A stretch of DNA of 64,000 nt from PVC group bacterium (GTDB lineage: Bacteria > Omnitrophota > Gorgyraeia > B26-G9). The notes beneath the pieces were generated by a model, which saw only the letters and a program-made list of their open reading frames with translations, was not told the DNA's origin and searched no databases. Positions within the stretch are counted from its first letter, which is position 1, and each line of letters opens with the position of its first letter. Positions 53,875 through 63,254 of the stretch are shown here, one piece after another. Position numbers and translations under genes: made by a program. The DNA is taken from positions 65,210 to 129,209 of the forward strand of contig JAAEQR010000072.1 in the NCBI GenBank assembly GCA_024231215.1. The letters are read 5' to 3'.

Positions 53875-56064
53875 ATGAATTTATTTACAATATCTTCGGT
53901 ATTAATATTTACTTTTACTTTATTAATAGGTATTATTGCTTATTGGAAAGGTACAGATAAGAAAATAACAAAGGTTTGGGCTTTGTTTTGTCTTTCTATA
54001 TCTATTTGGGGGATGGGCGGGTATATATTTTCATCAACAATATCCAAAGATGTAGCTCTTTTAGGATGGAGGATTACTAATATCGGTGTTATCCTTATCC
54101 CTGTGACTTTTTACCATTTTATCTATCTTTTTCTTCGGCTGCACAAGAAATCACATAGAAGAATTTTGATCGGATCATATGTTCTGGGTAGTCTGTTTTT
54201 AGTATTTAATTTTCTGCCACGGCAGTTTTTTGTAGGGGATGTTAGTTGGGTATTTGGTCAGTTTTATTATGGCGATTGGTGGATATGTAAAAGTCCATTA
54301 TATTTATTACTTTACATCCTTTTTTATTGGGTATTACTTTTATATGTATTTACATTGCTTATCACCCAGTATAATCATTTTAGCGGGAATAAAAGAGAGC
54401 AGTTGAAATATTTTATACTGGCTGCTATAGTTGGATGGGTTGGCCCGACTTTAATGTGGCCGATTTGTTTTAGGATATATATATATCCCTATTCAAATTT
54501 TCTCATAGCGTTCTTTCCTTTTATAATTGCTTATGCCATTATAAAACATCGTCTCATGGATATCAAAATTGCACTTACCCGTGGGGCGATATTATTGATT
54601 GTATACGCGTTTATTGTGGGCGTGCCGTTGTTATTTGTTGCTTCCGGGAGGACTTGGCTGACCGGATTATTTAATGATAAATGGTTTTATCCGCCACTGA
54701 TAATGTATACAGTATTGGCATTGCTGGCACCGTATATATATCTTCGTTTGCAGGCAAAGGCTGAGGCAAAAAGAATGCTTGAACAATATCATTTGCATCA
54801 GTCTCTTAAAGCTGCGTCAAAAACTACAATTGAAGTCCAGAGCGTTAAAAAACTATCCAAAATAATTCCTAGATATTTACTTCGTTTATACGGGAGGTTA
54901 AATAATAAAATAACTCACATTAGTTTGTTTCTTATGGATAAAAACAAAAAGATATATCGGTTGAAATCTTCTGTAGGGGATGAGAAACTGCCCAAGGATC
55001 TGAGCATCTCAGAAAACAGTATTTTAGTAGATTGGTTTACAAAAATAAGCCATGAGGTGGTAGAGCAGGGAGTATTAAAAGCCAAAGAAGTGGAAGTCTT
55101 AGTATATGAAGATATAGATTATTGGATGAACGAAGCTAATGTTTTACGTGCGCCATATCGCGGCTTAAAGAAAATCTTGAGAGACTTAAAAAAAACCATG
55201 GAAAGCTTAAACGCGCAGATAATCCTACCTTCTGTATATCAGCAGGAACTGTTAGGATTTTTGATCTTGGGGGAGAAGACTCCTGATTTATATACGAGAA
55301 ATGATATTGATACGTTTTCTATTCTGGCGAATGACAGTGCTATGGCGTTTAAAGCGGCGCGATTGTTTGAAGACTTGAAAATGACTCAAGCCCAGCTTAT
55401 TCAGTCTGAAAAATTAAACCTTTTAGGCCAGTTGGCATCATCCATGGCCCATGAAATTAATAATCCATTAGCGATCATTTCCGGAAATATCCAGCTTTTA
55501 CTTATGGATGTAAAAGACGAAGGGATTCGTGAATTACTTAAGAAAATAGATGAACAGACCGAAAGAGGGTATAAGATAATCCATAGGCTGCTGAATTTTT
55601 CAAAATTGCCGAAAGAAGATATTAAAGATATTGATATGCATGAGACCATAAATGAAACACTGGAATTGGTCAATCATAAAATTATCCATGGCAATATCAT
55701 GCTGGAAAGACACTTTGATGAGGTAAAGATAATAAAAGGCAATCCTATTCAGATACAAGAGGTTTTACTGAATTTGTTTGTTAATGCCATCCAGGCTATG
55801 CCCGAGGGCGGAGATCTAAAGATATATACCAAACAGCTGGATGGTTTTGTCCAGGTTGTGGTTGAGGATAATGGCAAAGGAATAGAAGCGGAAGATGTAG
55901 CTAATATCTTTGATCCTTTCTATACCAAAGGCAAAAAAGACGGAACCGGCCTTGGATTATTTGTCGCCGACCAGATAATGAAGCTTCATAAAGGTAGTAT
56001 TGAACTAAAAAGCAAGTTAGGCGAAGGTACTACATTTACCCTCAAATTCGCGGAGAAATTGTAA
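53875..56064 (+). CDS. sensor histidine kinase, paralog of 47055-49268 (multi-TM sensor + HisKA + HATPase_c)
   Basis: H-box MAHEINNPLAIIS, N box LLNLFVNAIQAM, G boxes DNGKGI / GTGLGL. Confidence 0.8.
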   Translation: MNLFTISSVLIFTFTLLIGIIAYWKGTDKKITKVWALFCLSISIWGMGGYIFSSTISKDVALLGWRITNIGVILIPVTFYHFIYLFLRLHKKSHRRILIGSYVLGSLFLVFNFLPRQFFVGDVSWVFGQFYYGDWWICKSPLYLLLYILFYWVLLLYVFTLLITQYNHFSGNKREQLKYFILAAIVGWVGPTLMWPICFRIYIYPYSNFLIAFFPFIIAYAIIKHRLMDIKIALTRGAILLIVYAFIVGVPLLFVASGRTWLTGLFNDKWFYPPLIMYTVLALLAPYIYLRLQAKAEAKRMLEQYHLHQSLKAASKTTIEVQSVKKLSKIIPRYLLRLYGRLNNKITHISLFLMDKNKKIYRLKSSVGDEKLPKDLSISENSILVDWFTKISHEVVEQGVLKAKEVEVLVYEDIDYWMNEANVLRAPYRGLKKILRDLKKTMESLNAQIILPSVYQQELLGFLILGEKTPDLYTRNDIDTFSILANDSAMAFKAARLFEDLKMTQAQLIQSEKLNLLGQLASSMAHEINNPLAIISGNIQLLLMDVKDEGIRELLKKIDEQTERGYKIIHRLLNFSKLPKEDIKDIDMHETINETLELVNHKIIHGNIMLERHFDEVKIIKGNPIQIQEVLLNLFVNAIQAMPEGGDLKIYTKQLDGFVQVVVEDNGKGIEAEDVANIFDPFYTKGKKDGTGLGLFVADQIMKLHKGSIELKSKLGEGTTFTLKFAEKL

Positions 56065-56172
56065 GTTCTTATTTAGCAATATGGATATTGTTTTTCTCTT
56101 GTAGAGGCTGAAATTATGCTATACTTGTAGTATAAGGGTAATAGCTCGATAAATGCCGGAGGAGGCCTGTAG

Positions 56173-56694
56173 ATGGGTAGAAGAAAGAATGTTCTACTTC
56201 TGAGTATGGTATTTGTACTTTTGTTAACTGTTTGTGCGTTTGCAGTTGATGGTGGGGGGATTCAATGGCGCATGTATTTTTCCGACCTGTTTAAAATCAA
56301 ATTTTATATTCCTGTAAATCTAAACTTAAGCAAAGTTACCAGTTCAGAATGGACCAGGCTGCAGGGGCGCACCAGCTCCGGGATTGAAGTTGAAGCGCAT
56401 TTTGATAATAAAAATCAATATCTGATTTTTATTAAAGAATATGCGGCGGAGACTCTGGGGATTAGCCATAAAGCATTTAGGATGATTAATAAAAGCAAGA
56501 AGAATGCGCTGGAGTATCGTGTCTATCTTGCGGATATGGAACGTAACGGTAAGAACTATAGGGTGGGGGTTATTGTTGCGAAGCATATAGATTATAAAAT
56601 CTCATATATGCTTTATTTATTAATGCCATATGATATGTGGGAAGATCGTCGTGAAGCTTTTACTTTTTGGTATGAAAACATAACTGGCCTTTAA
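56173..56694 (+). CDS. exported hypothetical protein
   Basis: Signal peptide (MGRRKNVLLLSMVFVLLLTVCAFA). No motifs recognised. Confidence 0.4.
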   Translation: MGRRKNVLLLSMVFVLLLTVCAFAVDGGGIQWRMYFSDLFKIKFYIPVNLNLSKVTSSEWTRLQGRTSSGIEVEAHFDNKNQYLIFIKEYAAETLGISHKAFRMINKSKKNALEYRVYLADMERNGKNYRVGVIVAKHIDYKISYMLYLLMPYDMWEDRREAFTFWYENITGL

Positions 56695-56836
56695 AACTAT
56701 TTAATCCTTCCAGTTTATTTTAACTTGCCTTAATTCTTTTTGTTTTATTATATTTTTTTGCTTGTCAAATAAAGTAAATCGTATTAAACTCTTCCTTTGC
56801 GTCTATTGAATTGCGTAAGTATTAACAGGGAGGTTA

Positions 56837-57733
56837 GTGATGGTTAAAAAGGATAATGATTATAATACAATTCTGCAAGAATGGAAAACCCTTCGTGGGG
56901 AAACTCTCCAATCTCAAAAACAAAGACTGAATACTTTCAGGACATCAATAATAATATTAGCGGTTATTTATATTGCGTATTTAATCCCGGGATTGAAGCT
57001 ATATAAACAGCCGTTATTTTTTCAGACATTCATTTTATTGTTTCTTACCCCGATTGTTCGTTTTGTTAGTTCTCTCAGGTTGCGGGATAGTTTTCATGCT
57101 TGCTATATTGAAAATTTCATCAAGATGCAATTACCGCAGGTGCGTTATATTGCCCGGTTCAGTGAATTTAAAAAGAATTTTCGCAATCAAATATCAGCCG
57201 CGGAAAGAATCAGATGTACTTATTTGCAAATAGGCATATCAACTATACCTTTTACAATCGGGTATTCGTTTTTTTTATTTGAGCCGGGGACTCTATGGTA
57301 TGTTCGTTTAGGTGCGTATACTCCTTATCATGACTTGTGGCTGCGGGTTGGTTTTTTCGTAAGCGCATTGATTTATTTTATTTGGACGATTTATGTTTGT
57401 CGTTATGATACGCAGAAAACAACTAAATTTTTTAATGAATTAAGGCAAATTCTGATCAAGGAATTGTTGACCGGAGAGATTGTTCCTTATGGCTTTAACA
57501 CTGGTTCGTTTCAGCATCCGGAAGCTTGGCATTCGCTTTTTGGGAAGGAAAATATTACGCAGAAGAAAGATATTTTATTGTCTCTAAAAAAGCTAGAAGA
57601 TGAATTCGCGGGAGTGAAATTTCTGATTAAATCTTTAAATAAAATGTGGTTTAAAAATCCAGTTAAAGATTTATTGTATTATGATCTAGAGAAAGAAGAG
57701 TATGGAGATAAAACGCGGTTGATATTAAATTGA
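56837..57733 (+). CDS. hypothetical integral membrane protein (4-5 TM)
   Basis: Hydrophobic segments. No motifs recognised. Confidence 0.4.
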   Translation: MMVKKDNDYNTILQEWKTLRGETLQSQKQRLNTFRTSIIILAVIYIAYLIPGLKLYKQPLFFQTFILLFLTPIVRFVSSLRLRDSFHACYIENFIKMQLPQVRYIARFSEFKKNFRNQISAAERIRCTYLQIGISTIPFTIGYSFFLFEPGTLWYVRLGAYTPYHDLWLRVGFFVSALIYFIWTIYVCRYDTQKTTKFFNELRQILIKELLTGEIVPYGFNTGSFQHPEAWHSLFGKENITQKKDILLSLKKLEDEFAGVKFLIKSLNKMWFKNPVKDLLYYDLEKEEYGDKTRLILN

Positions 57734-58912
57734 AGATCCAATAATATCTGTTTGCATCGGTAAATCGTGTCTTAGACTTTCGATGCTGAGAGAATTGGCG
57801 ATTGCTCTAATTGTTATTACGGGAGGAAAAGAGTTAAGCATTAGTAAAAGATGGTTATTAAAATCATTAAAAGAGGGGAAGAAAGGTTCTACTAGCCGGG
57901 GCGACAATTGATGTATAAGTGCAAACTTGTTAGAGTTTGCTATTATTCCTAATCTGACAGTTTCGGGCAGATCTTCTGTAGAAGATACAAATATCGATAA
58001 CAGGTCAATTAAATACGGAGCATATCGCGTTCCTCGATTGCTTATAAGGTCTATAAAAGTCGCGGCAATGCTTTTTTGAGCCTTGTGCAGTGCCATCTGA
58101 TATGGCCGGTAACCAGCCATGGCATCGCCGGAATCAACAATACTTAGTAGTTGAGCTTCGATGGTGGTATTTTCGCCTGTTTTTTTATGAGGGTATCCTG
58201 TCCCGTCAAAAGATTCATGATGTTCTTCCATTATTCGTTTTAGATTTTGGGTGAGTATTGAGTTTGGAAGAGGGAGTTGATAGGGGATTATAACGTGGCC
58301 TTGCATTATGGCGTATTCGTCGTCAGTTAGTGGCCCATCGGTTTTATTTATAATATGACTAGGTATTTCCGCTTTCCCGATATCGTGATAACGAGCTGCA
58401 AGGACTAAAAGTCCTAAATCTACAGCTGGAGGGATAGTAACAGCATTGAATCTTAGTCCATAGTGATAAGCCAGGATCATAACTCTTTTTTTATGATTAA
58501 CCGTCCATTCATCCAGGTTTTTATTATTTATTTCCTCTTTTTCTTTAGCTTCAAAAAAATCTATTAGATAATGTAAATCAGGTTTGGTGGCCTTAATTGA
58601 AGCCATAATTTTGTTTACTTTTAAATCAATATATTCTTGAGAGTTTCTCTCATAAAGAGCGTCTATGTCTTTTCGGATTTTTTGTGCTTGGTAATTTTCA
58701 ATTATTTTTAATCGTTCGGCTCTAGGCAAGTTTCTGTTTCCGGAGCTCTTTTTGAAGACAGATTTAAGCGATTTTTCCGAGATGGTTAAAGGAGCATTGA
58801 TATTATTGCGTGCATGTGGGCATAGTTGTGCGTTTGCAGCAGGAGCGGAAGTTAGCCAAACCGCGAGCAAAAGAATATAGACTGTAGTTTTTAGTAATAT
58901 TGAGTTCTTCAT
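57725..58912 (-). CDS. HD-GYP domain protein with N-terminal signal peptide/anchor and ~180-aa N-domain
   Basis: HD motif (LAARYHDIGKAEIP), GYP motif (HHESFDGTGYPH). N-terminal MKNSILLKTTVYILLLAVWLTSAPAANA. Confidence 0.75.
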   Translation of the reverse strand: MKNSILLKTTVYILLLAVWLTSAPAANAQLCPHARNNINAPLTISEKSLKSVFKKSSGNRNLPRAERLKIIENYQAQKIRKDIDALYERNSQEYIDLKVNKIMASIKATKPDLHYLIDFFEAKEKEEINNKNLDEWTVNHKKRVMILAYHYGLRFNAVTIPPAVDLGLLVLAARYHDIGKAEIPSHIINKTDGPLTDDEYAIMQGHVIIPYQLPLPNSILTQNLKRIMEEHHESFDGTGYPHKKTGENTTIEAQLLSIVDSGDAMAGYRPYQMALHKAQKSIAATFIDLISNRGTRYAPYLIDLLSIFVSSTEDLPETVRLGIIANSNKFALIHQLSPRLVEPFFPSFNDFNNHLLLMLNSFPPVITIRAIANSLSIESLRHDLPMQTDIIGSSI

Positions 58913-59083
58913 AAATGCCTAAGCAGTAACCTGATATATAAATACTTTTATAAAGTATATCATATAATGAGGTGTTTTTCAAGTTCAAGCTGGTTTTTAA
59001 TAATTGAAAAAGCCTGATATTTATGTTAAAATCAATATTTATAAAACTCGCAATTTAATAACTAAGTTACATGGAGGTTTACG

Positions 59084-60139
59084 ATGCTGGAAATTTTAAT
59101 AGTTGATGATGAACAGGAAATTTCAGGGGCGTTAAAGGATTTTTTTACAGCCAAGAGTTATAAGGTATTAGTTGCTAATAATGGGGAAGAAGCACTAAAT
59201 ACTGTACGTAAGCATCGACCGCATCTTGTGTTTTTGGATATTCGCATGCCGAAAATGGATGGCCTTTCAGTCCTACGCAATATTCGTGAATTGGATAAAT
59301 CGATTAAAGTAATTATGGTAACTGCTTTTGGCACAAGAGAGATTGTAAATGAAGCTATGCGTTTGGGTGCAGTTGATTTTATCCGGAAACCGTTTACACT
59401 TGAATATCTCGAACATGATGTTATGGAAAAGGTCAATGTTCAGTTATTTGAAGATCTTCGTAATGAAATAGATGGTAAGGACGAACTTATTGACCAGTTG
59501 CAAAAATTGAATAAAAGGGTTTCCCGTAATTTTTATCAAACAATGCTTTCTCTGGCAACGGCTTTAGAAGGCAGGGATCAGTATACACATGGACATTCAG
59601 AACGGGTTGATTTATATAGTAAGCTGATTGCGGAAGAATTAAAAGATAAAAAAACTACAGCGATAACTAATAAATTCTTAGATGATTTGCATATTGAGTC
59701 CCGGTTACATGATATCGGCAAAATTGCGGTTCCGGATGGTATTTTAAATAAACCTAATCGCTTAACTAACGAAGAATTTAATGAAATCAGAAGACACCCT
59801 GGAGAAAGTGCACGTATCTTAGCACCGCTAGAGGGTATTAAAGACCACATTGATGTTGTTTATAGTCATCATGAACGTGTAGACGGGACGGGTTATCCGG
59901 AGCGGAAAACTAAGGAATCAATACCTTTAAGGGCAAGGATTATTGCGGTTGCCGATGCTTTTGATGCAATGACTTCAGATAGACCGTATCGTAAAGCTAT
60001 GACTCGTAAAGCAGCATTTACGGAACTCGAGAAGAATAAAGACAAACAATTTGATGCAACGGTTGTAGATGCATTTTTCAACGCATATAACAAGAAAAAG
60101 GACAAAAGCAATAAAGAAGCAATGGAGTTAATACTCTAA
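59084..60139 (+). CDS. response regulator receiver + HD-GYP (RpfG-like c-di-GMP phosphodiesterase)
   Basis: Receiver (ILIVDDE...LVFLDIRMPKMDG). HD-GYP (HGHSERV, LHDIGKIAVPD, HHERVDGTGYP). Confidence 0.85.
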   Translation: MLEILIVDDEQEISGALKDFFTAKSYKVLVANNGEEALNTVRKHRPHLVFLDIRMPKMDGLSVLRNIRELDKSIKVIMVTAFGTREIVNEAMRLGAVDFIRKPFTLEYLEHDVMEKVNVQLFEDLRNEIDGKDELIDQLQKLNKRVSRNFYQTMLSLATALEGRDQYTHGHSERVDLYSKLIAEELKDKKTTAITNKFLDDLHIESRLHDIGKIAVPDGILNKPNRLTNEEFNEIRRHPGESARILAPLEGIKDHIDVVYSHHERVDGTGYPERKTKESIPLRARIIAVADAFDAMTSDRPYRKAMTRKAAFTELEKNKDKQFDATVVDAFFNAYNKKKDKSNKEAMELIL

Positions 60140-60157
60140 GGTGTCCGGAGGATTATT

Positions 60158-61207
60158 ATGTTGAAAATTCTAGTAGTGGATGATGAGCCGGAAATAACGC
60201 AGCTTTTGAAAAACTTTTTTCTGCGTAAAAATTATGATGTTTTAACTGCTAATAACGGTAGTACAGCGGTTGAGTTGGTAAAAACAGAAAGGCCGCATCT
60301 TGTGTTTTTAGATATACGTATGCCGCAAATGAACGGCTTGACTGCATTACGTCATATTCGGGCATTGGATAAATCGGTCAAAGTGATTATGGTAACGGCT
60401 TTAGAAGACGAGAAGATGGTGCAGGAAGCAGCGGAATTAGGTGCGGTTGATTATGTGCGAAAGCCATTTAATCTGGATTATTTAGAACGCGATGTTATTG
60501 AAAAAGTAAATGCAAAACTTTTTGTCGATCTGCGTTCTGAATTGGAAGAAAAAAGTAAATTAATTGATCAGCTGGCTAATCAGGTAGAGCAGATCAGTGA
60601 TTTGAATGAAAAATTAAAACGCAATTTTTATCAAACGATAGTATCTTTGGCAACCGCATTGGAAGCCCGGGACCGGTATACACATGGACATTCTGACCGG
60701 GTTGATTTATATTCAAAAGTTATTGCCGAGGAATTAAGGGATTCAAAGCAATGGGAAATAGACGATTTGTTTCTGGATGCTTTACATGTTGAATCGCGGT
60801 TGCATGATATTGGTAAGATTGCTATCCCGGATATGATATTAAACAAACCCGGGGTATTGACCGAAGATGAGTATGCACAGATTAAAAATCATCCGGTACA
60901 AAGTGCAAAGATTTTAACTCCCTTAGAAGATCTTAAGAAAAATATTGAAGTAATTAGACATCATCATGAGCGTGTTGACGGCAGGGGATATCCTGATGGG
61001 TTAAAGCATGACGAAATCCCGGCCAGAGCTAGGATTATTGCGATTGCTGATGCTTTTGATGCGATGACTTCGGATCGGCCGTATCGTAAAGCCATGTCGA
61101 TTGCAGAGGCCACAGATCAGCTGGAAAAAGGTAAAGGCGCTCAGTTTGATGCGGAAGTAGTGGATGCATTTAAGAATGCTATAGCACAGGGGAAAATACC
61201 AAACTAA
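60158..61207 (+). CDS. response regulator receiver + HD-GYP, tandem paralog of 59084-60139
   Basis: Same architecture and ~65-70% identical by eye (ILVVDDE...LVFLDIRMPQMNG; LHDIGKIAIPD; HHERVDGRGYP). Confidence 0.85.
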   Translation: MLKILVVDDEPEITQLLKNFFLRKNYDVLTANNGSTAVELVKTERPHLVFLDIRMPQMNGLTALRHIRALDKSVKVIMVTALEDEKMVQEAAELGAVDYVRKPFNLDYLERDVIEKVNAKLFVDLRSELEEKSKLIDQLANQVEQISDLNEKLKRNFYQTIVSLATALEARDRYTHGHSDRVDLYSKVIAEELRDSKQWEIDDLFLDALHVESRLHDIGKIAIPDMILNKPGVLTEDEYAQIKNHPVQSAKILTPLEDLKKNIEVIRHHHERVDGRGYPDGLKHDEIPARARIIAIADAFDAMTSDRPYRKAMSIAEATDQLEKGKGAQFDAEVVDAFKNAIAQGKIPN

Positions 61208-61267
61208 AGGCAAAAGTCAAAAATCAAAATGCAAAAATAAATAAAAAATTAAAAAGGGGATAAATAG

Positions 61268-62128
61268 GTGGAAAAAATTAAAATAGGAATTATCGGTGGG
61301 AGCGGGCTTTATGATATCGAAGGAGTAGACGATGTAGATACAGTAGCAGTAGATACTCCCTTTGGTGCTCCTTCAGATAAGATTATTTGCGGGACTTTAG
61401 AAGGTGTGAGGTTTGCTTTTTTACCTCGGCATGGTCGCGGTCATAAGATTTCGCCAACAGAGTTAAATTATCGGGCAAATATTTATGCTTTAAAGAGTTT
61501 AGGTGTGGAACAGATAATATCTATATCTGCGGTAGGCAGTCTTAAAGAGGAATTAAAACCACGTGATTTTGTGATTCCGGAACAGTTGTTTGACCGGACT
61601 AAAAGCAGAGTAAGTACTTTTTTTACAGAAGGTATAGTTGCTCATGTAGGGGTGGCTGACCCTTTTTGTCCGGATCTAAGTACTATGGCTTATGAGACAG
61701 CAAAAGAGATTGGAATTTCCGTGCACAAAGGGGGAACTTATGTTTGTATTGAAGGCCCTCAATTCTCAACGCGGGCTGAGTCTAATGTTTATCGTCAGCT
61801 GGGATTCTCAATTATCGGCATGACTAATATCCCGGAAGCAAAGCTGGCCAGAGAAGCAGAGATTTGTTATGTGACTGTTGCGTTGGTTACAGATTATGAT
61901 GTGTGGAAAGAAGATGAAGAGGTTAGTGTGGAAAAAATAATTGCAAATCTAACTGCAAATTCATCCAAGGCCAAAAAGTTCATTCGAGTTATATTGCCAA
62001 AACTTAAGCGTAGCCGCACTTGTGGCTGCCCCGATGCATTAGCTACGGCAATTGTTACGGCGCCGGATGCTATGCCGCAAAAGATCGTTAATAAGCTCAA
62101 GCTTTTGATTGGAAAGTATATTTCATGA
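61268..62128 (+). CDS. mtnP: S-methyl-5'-thioadenosine phosphorylase / purine nucleoside phosphorylase (PNP/MTAP family)
   Basis: IGIIGGSGL phosphate-binding N-terminus. MTAP-like core. C-terminal CGCPDALATAIV. Confidence 0.75.
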   Translation: MEKIKIGIIGGSGLYDIEGVDDVDTVAVDTPFGAPSDKIICGTLEGVRFAFLPRHGRGHKISPTELNYRANIYALKSLGVEQIISISAVGSLKEELKPRDFVIPEQLFDRTKSRVSTFFTEGIVAHVGVADPFCPDLSTMAYETAKEIGISVHKGGTYVCIEGPQFSTRAESNVYRQLGFSIIGMTNIPEAKLAREAEICYVTVALVTDYDVWKEDEEVSVEKIIANLTANSSKAKKFIRVILPKLKRSRTCGCPDALATAIVTAPDAMPQKIVNKLKLLIGKYIS

Positions 62129-63240
62129 AACGGATTTTACTTCTTTATATCTCCAACAATTCAGGTCATCATCGTGCTACTATGGCGATTGAAGAAGCAT
62201 TATATTCTTTGTCGCCTGAGATTAAGGTGATGAATATAAACTGTTTTAATTATACTAATCCAATGCTTGAAAAAGTAATAAACAGTGTGTATAACAAAGT
62301 AATTAAAATTAAGCCGGAAGTTTGGGAATATTTATATGATAATCCTAAGATTGTGCGTCGGTCCAAAAAATTACGCAGGCTTATTCACAAATTCAACTCT
62401 AAAAAACTTAAAAAATTAATTTACAATTTTAAACCAGAGGCAATTGCCTGTTCCCAGGCGTTTCCCTGCGGGATGGTGGCTGATTTTAAAAAAACATATG
62501 CTTTAGATATTCCACTAGTTGGTGTGCTCACAGACTATTATCCGCATTCTTATTGGATGTACGATAATATAAATGGGTATGTTGTCCCGAGTGAACAAGC
62601 TAAAAAACGTTTAGTAGATAACGGTGTGGAAAAAGATAAAGTGTTTGTGTATGGAATTCCGATCAGCCCGACGTTTTCCAATAATCATGACAAGGAATTT
62701 ATTCTTAAAAGCCTGCATTTAGAACCTGATGTGCCTACGATTTTAATTATGGGAGGTGGGCAGGGATTAGGTCCGATAGAAGATCTGGTTTTTGCGGTAA
62801 ATACAATTGAAAAACCATTTCAAATTATTATAATCTGCGGTACGAATAAAAAACTAAAAAAATGGCTGGAAAAGCGTAAAACCCTGTTTAAGAAAAAAAT
62901 GGCAATACTTGGTTATACAAAGCAGATAAACATACTTATGGATATTGCAGACTTGTTGGTAACTAAACCGGGCGGTCTTACTACTGCAGAAGCGCTTACA
63001 AAAAGTCTGCCTGTAGTGATTGTCAATCCTATCCCCGGACAGGAAGCAAAGAATACTGAGTTTCTTTTAAGTGAGGGGGTAGCTGTTAGAGCTAGAAATA
63101 CGCTGGATGCAGCGATTTTGATTGAAGATCTTTTGAATACAACCGGTAAATTAAATAAGATGAAAAAGGCGGCATTAAAACATGCAAAGCCGCAATCTGC
63201 GGTTGATACAGCAAAATTATTATTAAATCTTGTTCAGTAG
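62125..63240 (+). CDS. GT28 MGDG-synthase/UgtP-like diacylglycerol glycosyltransferase
   Basis: N-terminal LLLYISNNSGHHRATMAIEEAL (MGDG_synth domain). C-terminal GT-B half with LVTKPGGLTTAEAL. Confidence 0.65.
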   Translation: MKRILLLYISNNSGHHRATMAIEEALYSLSPEIKVMNINCFNYTNPMLEKVINSVYNKVIKIKPEVWEYLYDNPKIVRRSKKLRRLIHKFNSKKLKKLIYNFKPEAIACSQAFPCGMVADFKKTYALDIPLVGVLTDYYPHSYWMYDNINGYVVPSEQAKKRLVDNGVEKDKVFVYGIPISPTFSNNHDKEFILKSLHLEPDVPTILIMGGGQGLGPIEDLVFAVNTIEKPFQIIIICGTNKKLKKWLEKRKTLFKKKMAILGYTKQINILMDIADLLVTKPGGLTTAEALTKSLPVVIVNPIPGQEAKNTEFLLSEGVAVRARNTLDAAILIEDLLNTTGKLNKMKKAALKHAKPQSAVDTAKLLLNLVQ

Positions 63241-63254
63241 GGGTAATAAGATAG

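Noticed and set aside
57725-58912. Exported HD-GYP domain
   Set aside because: Interpretation as truly periplasmic is doubtful. The N-terminal hydrophobic segment may be a signal anchor with an unusual topology. Flagged in findings as needing topology prediction rather than asserted.
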